IMG/VR virus record: IMGVR_UViG_3300050821_003228
Location: 1-64,000 of that record
Origin: a virus
Direction: 5' to 3' (one strand)
DNA: 64,000 nucleotides
Each line of letters starts with the position of its first letter. Positions within the stretch are counted from its first letter, which is position 1. Both the position numbers and the translations under genes were made by a program. Below are positions 57,336 through 64,000 of this stretch, in pieces. The notes beneath the pieces were generated by a model. It ran no database searches and was not told where the DNA came from. It saw only the letters and a list, made by a program, of their open reading frames with translations.

Positions 57336-57410
57336 GAGGCTAGGGTATGACTGGCGGTGCCACAGGTTTCCACCCTGTAGAGTCCGATTCGATTTCGGAT
57401 AGCCTCTCCA
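57336..57410 (+). tRNA. tRNA-Gly(TCC)
   Basis: ACAGG-TTTCCAC-CCTGT, U73. Confidence 0.85.
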
Positions 57411-57414
57411 TTTT

Positions 57415-57489
57415 GGGCGCGCACCTTCTGGTGAAGGCTCAAGTTTGTGAAGCTTGTAGAAATACATTCGATTTGTAGCGTGCCCTCCA
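57415..57489 (+). tRNA. tRNA-His(GTG), possible 8/4 fold, U73
   Basis: GGGCGCGC/GCGTGCCC acceptor, 4-bp T-stem. Confidence 0.8.
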
Positions 57490-57494
57490 TTTTT

Positions 57495-57570
57495 GGATAT
57501 GTCGTATAAAGATAAATACTCTGTTTTCGTAAAACAGCTAATGTCGGCTCAATCCCGGCCATATCCTCCA
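57495..57570 (+). tRNA. tRNA-Thr(CGT)
   Basis: CTGTT-TTCGTAA-AACAG, CCA. Confidence 0.82.
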
Positions 57571-57645
57571 GTAGATATAATATAATGGCTATTATAATTT
57601 CTTGGTAAGAAATTTATATGCGTTCGATTCGCATTATCGGCTCCA
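57571..57645 (+). tRNA. tRNA-Thr(GGT)
   Basis: ATTTC-TTGGTAA-GAAAT; acceptor mismatch. Confidence 0.78.
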
Positions 57646-57646
57646 T

Positions 57647-57720
57647 GCACTTGTAGCATAATGAAATGCCCCATACTTGTAATATGGCTTATGTCGGCCC
57701 ATTGCCGATCAAGTGCTCCA
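57647..57720 (+). tRNA. tRNA-Thr(TGT)
   Basis: CCATA-CTTGTAA-TATGG; aberrant T-loop. Confidence 0.8.
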
Positions 57721-57728
57721 TTTTTATT

Positions 57729-57803
57729 GCGGGAATAGCTCAGAGGCAGAGCACAACATTGCCAATGTTGAGGTCGCGGTTTCAACATCCGTTTCCCGCT
57801 CCA
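57729..57803 (+). tRNA. tRNA-Gly(GCC)
   Basis: GCGGGAATAGCTCAG.. canonical body. Confidence 0.92.
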
Positions 57804-57804
57804 T

Positions 57805-57881
57805 ATGCCGTTGGCGAAGAGGTCAAACGCGGAAAGCTACAACCTTTCTAATCAGGGGTTCGACTCCCTTACGGCATTCCA
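57805..57881 (+). tRNA. tRNA-Cys(ACA)
   Basis: GAAAG-CTACAAC-CTTTC, U73, CCA. Confidence 0.82.
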
Positions 57882-57968
57882 TTTTTATGTTTGAATTTAT
57901 ATTAATGATTTTAGCTAATTTGGCCCATAGAATCGGGCCGGAATATCCTAATTATAAACAAGATTAAT

Positions 57969-58042
57969 AGGTGATTGATGTAATGGAAGCATGACAGTCT
58001 CCAAAACTGTTCGTAAGGGTTCAAGTCCTTTATCATCTGCCA
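57969..58042 (+). tRNA. tRNA-Trp(CCA)
   Basis: ACAGT-CTCCAAA-ACTGT, G73. Confidence 0.92.
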
Positions 58043-58045
58043 TTT

Positions 58046-58186
58046 ATGGGCAAAGCTAATAAAATGCCTTATGTACCGACAGAATGGGCTAAACATCTTC
58101 GCCCGTTTCTGAAACGGCTGTTCTGGAAGAAAGTTCGCCGTAAAACGAAAGAATTGACAAATCGAGTAAAGGATGATATAAGTTAA
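58046..58186 (+). CDS. 46-aa basic peptide
   Basis: MGKANKMPYVPTEWAKHLRPFLKRLFWKKVRRK.. Confidence 0.5.
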   Translation: MGKANKMPYVPTEWAKHLRPFLKRLFWKKVRRKTKELTNRVKDDIS

Positions 58187-58188
58187 AT

Positions 58189-58695
58189 ATGCAAGACTGT
58201 TTAGTGGTGGATTCAACACATCGGCCCATCGCTTACTGCTCTTGGATGGAAGCGGTCAAACTTTATTATGAAGGTGTAGCGGACATTATTAAAGAGGATG
58301 CTGAGAAAGAAATACACTCGCCCTCTGTAACAATGAAGGTTCCAAGAGTTATAGCAATTAGGAATTACGTCTCGAAGAGATTCGGGCGCGATACTATAAC
58401 ACTTACAAGACGTAATATTGCTATCCGTGATGAACGAAAATGTCAGTACTGCGGGCTGGAATTAAGTAATGATGAACAAACGCTTGATCACGTTATTCCC
58501 CGTTCTCGCGGCGGCAAGAGTTCATGGGATAACCTTATATTATGTTGCAAGCCATGTAACCGCTTAAAGGCAGATTTAACTGTTGAAGAAGCAGGAATGA
58601 AATTGTTAAGCATTCCAAAGAAACCCAAACCGGGAGTGCAGTACCGAGGAATCGGGCACGTTAGACCGGAATGGGCCGATTACGAGAGGAATTAG
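58189..58695 (+). CDS. McrA-like HNH endonuclease
   Basis: RD..CQYCG..TLDHVIPRSRGG.SSWDNL..C..CN..K. Confidence 0.9.
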   Translation: MQDCLVVDSTHRPIAYCSWMEAVKLYYEGVADIIKEDAEKEIHSPSVTMKVPRVIAIRNYVSKRFGRDTITLTRRNIAIRDERKCQYCGLELSNDEQTLDHVIPRSRGGKSSWDNLILCCKPCNRLKADLTVEEAGMKLLSIPKKPKPGVQYRGIGHVRPEWADYERN

Positions 58696-58769
58696 GCTGT
58701 TTAGCTCAAAGATGGAGCAAGCGTCTCATTAACGCAAGGCTATTGGTTTAAATCCAATAACAGCCACCA
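58695..58769 (+). tRNA. tRNA-Met/Ile2(CAT)
   Basis: GCGT-CTCATTA-ACGC, CCA. Confidence 0.85.
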
Positions 58770-58941
58770 AGTCGGGCCGGGGAGAGAGGTTAAATGGGAA
58801 CTATGCCTATTCTCACAAGTGATTCCCACAACGGTCCATCAATTTTTGAGTAGCCCACATTGCTGAGGCAAGGCCAGCCCAAAGATAAACGGAAGAGAAA
58901 GCACCACAGCCTAGCGCCGTTTCTCAAAAACCAATTTTTAT

Positions 58942-59018
58942 GGCGAGTTAGTAGCGTAGGACAATACGAGAGGCTCATAACCTCTAAACGGTGCGTGCAA
59001 ATCCACCACTCGCAACCA
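58942..59018 (+). tRNA. initiator-like tRNA-Met(CAT)
   Basis: 1:72 mismatch, AGAGG-CTCATAA-CCTCT. Confidence 0.8.
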
Positions 59019-59075
59019 ATTTAGTTGTACAATAGTTACTAGGGAGAGAAACAGCTTCCTAGTAACAGCGCGTTT

Positions 59076-59153
59076 GTGGAATTAGTTTAAATGGCTTAGA
59101 ACCCTTGACTTTCAATCAGGAAGATGCGAGTTCGACTCTCGTATTCCACACCA
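59076..59153 (+). tRNA. tRNA-Glu(TTC)
   Basis: CTTGA-CTTTCAA-TCAGG, CCA. Confidence 0.9.
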
Positions 59154-59161
59154 AAATTTAT

Positions 59162-59251
59162 GGATAACGGGCAGGACGGGTAATGCAATGTCCTGCTAAG
59201 TCATGATAACCGAAAGGTTATAACCGAGTTCGACTCTCGGGTTATCCGCCA
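59162..59251 (+). tRNA. tRNA-Ser(GCT)
   Basis: Long V-arm, G73. Confidence 0.9.
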
Positions 59252-59252
59252 C

Positions 59253-59345
59253 GGAAGGTACCGCTGAGAGGTCAGCAATTGGCTTTGAACACCAAGGAAA
59301 CCGTATGCACTACGGTTTAGCGTTCGACTCGTTTATCTTCCGCCA
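59253..59345 (+). tRNA. tRNA-Ser(TGA), 8/4 fold
   Basis: GGAAGGTA/TATCTTCC acceptor, AGCG/CGTT T-stem, long V-arm. Confidence 0.85.
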
Positions 59346-59346
59346 C

Positions 59347-59420
59347 GAAGCTGTCATCTAATGATAGGATAGAACTTTCTCAAGGTTTTAATACGGGTTT
59401 GACTCCCGTCAGCTTCACCA
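59347..59420 (+). tRNA. tRNA-Glu(CTC)
   Basis: GAACT-TTCTCAA-GGTTT, CCA. Confidence 0.85.
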
Positions 59421-59451
59421 AATTTAATGGGATCATTGATCCCGCCAAATC

Positions 59452-59480
59452 AGACTCACTTCGGTGGGTCTTTTTTATTT
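59452..59480 (+). terminator. intrinsic terminator after tRNA array
   Basis: AGACTCAC-TTCG-GTGGGTCT followed by T-run. Confidence 0.85.
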
Positions 59481-59490
59481 TAAGGAACTA

Positions 59491-60999
59491 ATGCCAGTTA
59501 CTATTGATGAAATCTATGGCGGAAAATTTTCTAATCCTGACGGATCACCGTTAAACGGTGGAAAAATTCTTTTCCAGTTATCAACAAATGCAATGGTCAC
59601 TGGCGGGGATGAACAAATAGCTCAAGGCCATATCATTGCTTACACATTAGATTCTAACGGCAGTGTGCCCGGTCCTGATACTAGTCATGTACTTTGGGGC
59701 AATGATCAATTAACGCCTACTAATACTTATTATATTGTACGCCTTTATAATGCAAATGGTCAACTCGTTGCTGGCCCGATGAACGGGGTAATTCAAGGGA
59801 CATCACCGATTGATTTAGGTTCTGTCAATTTTTCAAGTGGCGCGGGTTCGGGCGGTATTGGCTCTAGTCTTCTATTACAAACGAATGATGTTAACAATAC
59901 AAATCAAGCTTTATTAGATTTGAAACAAGGCTCTAATATCAGCCTTGCAAACGTCAACGGTGTAACAACTATTACAGGCACGGCTGTTCCTATTACACTA
60001 CAAACAAACGGAACGCCCAATTCTAACCAAAGTCTATTAAATATTGCTCAAGGCAGCAATATGACAATTAGTAACTCAGCCGGGACAACGACTATTACCG
60101 GGCCAACTCCCCCTCTATTACAGACTAATGGTAGCACAAATTCAAGCCAAACGCAACTAAATCTTGCTGCTGGAACGGGTATCAGTCTTGCTAACGTTAC
60201 TGGTACTACAATGGTGACTAACAGTGCTCCCGCCTTGCCATCGGCCCAAATTGGAGATGTCGCTCGCTTTAATGTTAACGGTGATTCATTGTGGGATAGT
60301 GTCAATTTTGCCACTAAAGCAGTAACAATCTTCGCTAATTATGCTCAAGGTGATTTAGAAGCATATGGAGCAACTAAAAATAACCCTACCGTTAATTCAC
60401 CAAGTCACGGCACAGTCGCACCAACTGCGACAGATAGTGGAGCATACAACCAATCCGCCCCTGCTACCGCATCTACTAGCACTGTCTTAGGGTTTACTGA
60501 AGGCGCAAATCCGAACTTTGGTGGTTATGGATTTGGAGCATTCTATCGTTGGTCACTTCGTTATGCTCTTGGCGTTACAACTAATGCCCGATTTTGGTTA
60601 GGAATTACTGCGTATAATACAAGTGGTGGTGGTACAGAAGGACAAGACCCGAAAGCTTCTGCTAGTTTTGCTACTAATACTCCAAACCGTTCTACAATAG
60701 CGTTTCGTTATTCGGCGGGCACCGATACGACATGGAAAGCTACGACACAGGTGACGGGCGGTTCTCAAACTGTTGTTGATACAACTGTTGCAGTTGATAC
60801 TAATCCACATAATTTTGAATTCACTTATGATGGAACAACAGTACGATTTTATATTGATACAGTGTTACGGGCATCAATAACAACGAATATACCGGCAGCT
60901 AATGCTAACCCGTTTATGCAAATTGCTGTAGTTGATAATCAAAATACAAATAATGCAGTATCAGCCACGATTTATCATGGCTTTCTTTCTTTGAAATAA
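59491..60999 (+). CDS. tail fibre/spike-like protein with three internal repeats and C-terminal lectin-like domain
   Basis: LQTN..N..Q..LN...G..I.L.N..GTTTIT x3; H.F..DG..V.FYID. Confidence 0.65.
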   Translation: MPVTIDEIYGGKFSNPDGSPLNGGKILFQLSTNAMVTGGDEQIAQGHIIAYTLDSNGSVPGPDTSHVLWGNDQLTPTNTYYIVRLYNANGQLVAGPMNGVIQGTSPIDLGSVNFSSGAGSGGIGSSLLLQTNDVNNTNQALLDLKQGSNISLANVNGVTTITGTAVPITLQTNGTPNSNQSLLNIAQGSNMTISNSAGTTTITGPTPPLLQTNGSTNSSQTQLNLAAGTGISLANVTGTTMVTNSAPALPSAQIGDVARFNVNGDSLWDSVNFATKAVTIFANYAQGDLEAYGATKNNPTVNSPSHGTVAPTATDSGAYNQSAPATASTSTVLGFTEGANPNFGGYGFGAFYRWSLRYALGVTTNARFWLGITAYNTSGGGTEGQDPKASASFATNTPNRSTIAFRYSAGTDTTWKATTQVTGGSQTVVDTTVAVDTNPHNFEFTYDGTTVRFYIDTVLRASITTNIPAANANPFMQIAVVDNQNTNNAVSATIYHGFLSLK

Positions 61000-61001
61000 T
61001 T

Positions 61002-61220
61002 ATGACGACGACGATTTCACAAGTCAAGTTTCCAAAAATGTATATTAAAGGCGGGCAAGGTAATATTGCCGATGTCAATAATAGTTCCCAATTATTAACC
61101 AACACTGGTGGAGTAGGAATTTCAATTTTAAGTATGGGTTCGCAATCAATGATTGCCGGGCCAAGCGGTTATATAGCCAACGTTTCATCAACCGGCGATT
61201 TACAAACAACGAACGGATAA
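61002..61220 (+). CDS. short protein paralogous to N-terminus of 61791
   Basis: TI.Q..FPK and GPSGYIA.V.S.G.LQTT shared. Confidence 0.55.
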   Translation: MTTTISQVKFPKMYIKGGQGNIADVNNSSQLLTNTGGVGISILSMGSQSMIAGPSGYIANVSSTGDLQTTNG

Positions 61221-61221
61221 C

Positions 61222-61785
61222 ATGAAAGTTTATTACACCTATTTATGGTTGCGCGAAGACGGAACGCCTTACTATGTGGGTAAAGGGACTGGCATTAGAG
61301 CGTTTACTAATAGTTCACATAATGTTCATAAACCTTTAGATGAATCTTTAATTTTAACACAAGAATTTCCTGATGAACAATCCGCTTTTGCTGCTGAAAA
61401 ATTTCTGATTGCCTATTACGGACGTAAAGATTTAGGTACAGGATGCCTTCGCAATTTAACCGACGGTGGGGAAAATCCTCCAACACATAGAAGAGGCAAT
61501 CCGGGTCATATACCTTGGAACAAGGGTAAACCGTGGTCTGAAGAAATTAAATTAAAATTTAGTAACGCGAAAAAAGGAAAACCTTCAAACTGGTCGGGGA
61601 TGAAAGCATCTGATGAATTAAGACGAAAATTAAGTCGAGCACACTCTAAGTTTACGCAAGAACAAATAAATGAAATAAAAGAATTAAGAAAACAAGGTAT
61701 TAAATATCAAGTTATAGGAAAACAATTTGATATAAGTGCTAGTTATGTTGGTGAAATTTGTTCTGGAAAGAAGTGTAATTTCTAA
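61222..61785 (+). CDS. GIY-YIG homing endonuclease with NUMOD3 and HTH
   Basis: YYTY..PYYVGKG..R..E..LI..YGR..NLTDGGE; PWNKGK. Confidence 0.88.
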   Translation: MKVYYTYLWLREDGTPYYVGKGTGIRAFTNSSHNVHKPLDESLILTQEFPDEQSAFAAEKFLIAYYGRKDLGTGCLRNLTDGGENPPTHRRGNPGHIPWNKGKPWSEEIKLKFSNAKKGKPSNWSGMKASDELRRKLSRAHSKFTQEQINEIKELRKQGIKYQVIGKQFDISASYVGEICSGKKCNF

Positions 61786-61790
61786 AAAAT

Positions 61791-62492
61791 ATGGCTAATA
61801 CTATAAATCAAATAAATTTTCCAAAAGTTTTCGTGGTTGGTCCGAGCGGTTATATTGCCGATGTGACGAGCGCGGGGCAGCTTCAAACTACTGGAAGTGG
61901 AGCAAGCGGTAGCGTCACTAGTGTAGGAACTGCCGGTATTGCTACAGGTGGGCCGATTACTACAACCGGAACTGTAACAGTTCTAGGTTCTGGTAATACG
62001 ACAACTGCTGTTACAGCCGGAGCTAGTGTCGCTGGCGCTGCTAATAACGACGTTCTAGTTGCTGACGGTTCAGGTAATGCTAAAGATAGTGGCGTATTGA
62101 TTGGTAGTCTCGCCCCATTAGCATCGCCCGCATTCACTGGTAATGCATCTGCTATCAATATTACAATTTCAGGCGCACAGGTTAACACACCGACAATAAT
62201 TGCGTTCTCTGCTACACCCACTTTTAACGCGGCTACAGCTAACAACTTTAAAATTACATTGACCGGTAACGTTACTAGCTCAACACTCTCAGGAGCAACA
62301 GCGGGCCAAAGAATAATAATGGAAATTATACAAGATGGGTCCGGGGGACACACTTTTGTATGGCCTAGTAATATGAAAAATACAATGAATATCGCTGATC
62401 AAGCGGCAGGAGCAAACGAAGTCTCATTACAAGAATTTTACTATGATGGTACGAACGCCTATGCGCTTACGACCGGAATGATATACCCATAA
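61791..62492 (+). CDS. tail fibre protein
   Basis: GSVTSV, APLASPAFTG, QDGSGG.T..WP. Confidence 0.75.
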   Translation: MANTINQINFPKVFVVGPSGYIADVTSAGQLQTTGSGASGSVTSVGTAGIATGGPITTTGTVTVLGSGNTTTAVTAGASVAGAANNDVLVADGSGNAKDSGVLIGSLAPLASPAFTGNASAINITISGAQVNTPTIIAFSATPTFNAATANNFKITLTGNVTSSTLSGATAGQRIIMEIIQDGSGGHTFVWPSNMKNTMNIADQAAGANEVSLQEFYYDGTNAYALTTGMIYP

Positions 62493-62499
62493 GGATTTA

Positions 62500-64000
62500 A
62501 TGAAAAAGATAATCACAGTTTTATTAACTATTATAGCGTGTCTCGGCGTTTCTGTAGCCCAAAACTCGTCTGTCAACAGTTTAACATTTGGGCCGCGCTA
62601 TACAGTAAGTACGTTACCCGCCGCTGCATCAAATAATAAAAGAATTTTTGAAATTACAGACGGTACTACAGGGGCAGATTGTACAGTCGGGGGCGGTAGC
62701 TCAGTTAATCTTTGCCAATCAAACGGCAGTGTATATGCTTCTTTGAATACTAATAGCATTACTTCAATAGTGACAGCAAACCAAATAGCTGCTGCCGCAA
62801 AATGTAATGATATATCTGTCTCAGCTAATACTATTACCTGTAACCCTACGAATGCTTTGACTGCTTATGTCGATGGAACATTGTTGGAAGTAAAAGTAGC
62901 TAATACTGACACCGGAGCTACAACAATTAACGTTTCATCTATTGGTAGTAAAAATGTAAAGTCTAGTCTTGGCAATCCAACCGCATTAAGTGGCGGTGAA
63001 TTGGCCGCTGGATCAACTTATTTATTATATTACGATGGAACACAATTCGTAATGATGAACGATTTTGCTTGGGTAGATGCAGCAACATTCCCTGGAGCAA
63101 CGGCTGATGTTCAAATTGCTAATGCAATTACTGCCGGATGTACAAGCCGTTCGGCTGTTGTTGAAGCACGAAACCTTGTTTCTCCAGTTTTTGTTGCTAA
63201 CCCATTTCAGGCATTAATTGGGGCCGGATATAAGCCTTCTTGTACTGGAATATTGTTACTTCCGTCAGGTGTTGTAACAGTTAATGTGCCGTTAATTATT
63301 CCGGGCGGTTGGAGAGTTCTTGGCGTAGGCGCTAATGATACGTTGAATAATGCTAATTCTACTGAAATTTTAGCTTCTGCTACCAATTTTAAAGGGCCAT
63401 ATTCAGCCGGAACAGCGGCTAATGCGGTCTGTTCTGGAACACCGCTGACTTGCGCTATCACAGGTACAACAACATCATGGACAACAGCTAATATATCTCT
63501 TGGTATGCGTTTTACAATGTGTACAGCCGCGATTACAGGAACAGCTTGTGGCGGAACCCCCGCAGCTAACGCTGTCACCGGATTAATTACAACGATTACA
63601 GATAGTACACACATTACGATTACAACGAATCAGGCGTATTCATCTAATACAGCGTCTAGTTATGTCATAGTGCCTTCTGTAGTTGAAATGGGTGATGAAT
63701 CTGGTGTAGCTTCTCAGCCGGGCAACTTTGATGTCGGCATTGGTGGGTTTGTAATTCAAACTAATAATATAACAGGTGTAAATGGTCTAGCTAATTATAG
63801 CTGCCAAAACTTATGTCATTTTATTGATAGTATTTTTATTCATCCTGCACCTAGCGCAATCGGGTTCGATATGGAAAGTCCACAAGCACAAAATTCTGGA
63901 CCTTTTTATCCATTATGGGTTGTAGGACAAACTGGCGGTTGTAATACAAGTACAATTGGAATTGTTGTTCGTGCTTCAACTTCTATGCCGTTCGCTCTTG
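62500..64000 (+). CDS. fibre/spike-like protein with signal peptide (runs off window end)
   Basis: MKKIITVLLTIIACLGVSVA|Q; YTVSTLP..DGT..DCTVGGGS; ANTDTGATTINV; absent from ORF track, apparently because it has no stop in the window. Confidence 0.7.
   Translation, partial: MKKIITVLLTIIACLGVSVAQNSSVNSLTFGPRYTVSTLPAAASNNKRIFEITDGTTGADCTVGGGSSVNLCQSNGSVYASLNTNSITSIVTANQIAAAAKCNDISVSANTITCNPTNALTAYVDGTLLEVKVANTDTGATTINVSSIGSKNVKSSLGNPTALSGGELAAGSTYLLYYDGTQFVMMNDFAWVDAATFPGATADVQIANAITAGCTSRSAVVEARNLVSPVFVANPFQALIGAGYKPSCTGILLLPSGVVTVNVPLIIPGGWRVLGVGANDTLNNANSTEILASATNFKGPYSAGTAANAVCSGTPLTCAITGTTTSWTTANISLGMRFTMCTAAITGTACGGTPAANAVTGLITTITDSTHITITTNQAYSSNTASSYVIVPSVVEMGDESGVASQPGNFDVGIGGFVIQTNNITGVNGLANYSCQNLCHFIDSIFIHPAPSAIGFDMESPQAQNSGPFYPLWVVGQTGGCNTSTIGIVVRASTSMPFAL

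Noticed and set aside
57266-58219. Several ORF-track ORFs across tRNA arrays and antisense to long genes
   Set aside because: They overlap well-formed tRNAs or clear genes and have no protein motifs.
58681-58690. TACGAGAGGA resembling the sarcin-ricin loop
   Set aside because: Only 10 nt, inside HNH coding sequence, lacks the AGUA motif and flanking helix.
1-64000. CRISPR array, integrase, or stop-codon reassignment
   Set aside because: No regularly spaced repeats, no recombinase ORF, no suppressor anticodon, and long genes are intact in the standard code.

Overview
A 64-kb segment of a tailed dsDNA phage, probably podovirus-like: TerL, P22-type portal, scaffold, N4-gp56-type major capsid, adaptor, tail and ejection proteins, and fibre-like proteins. 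It also carries a PolA, two RNase H genes, several free-standing HNH/GIY-YIG endonucleases and many small accessory genes. Its RNA content is exceptional: (i) the major capsid gene is split into four exons by two compact group I introns plus a 40-nt insertion that has complete P1/P10 guide pairings and a terminal G but no catalytic core (candidate trans-spliced mini-intron); (ii) a ~200-nt RNA in a tRNA array reproduces the 23S rRNA L11-binding/GTPase-associated centre with a structured insertion; (iii) a circularly permuted two-piece tmRNA; (iv) a Ro60/TROVE gene with four Y-RNA-like paralogues; (v) a 320-nt orphan structured RNA; (vi) 35 tRNA genes covering all 20 amino acids, several non-canonical. 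All calls were made by eye from motifs and base-pairing; no searches were run, and the host is unknown.
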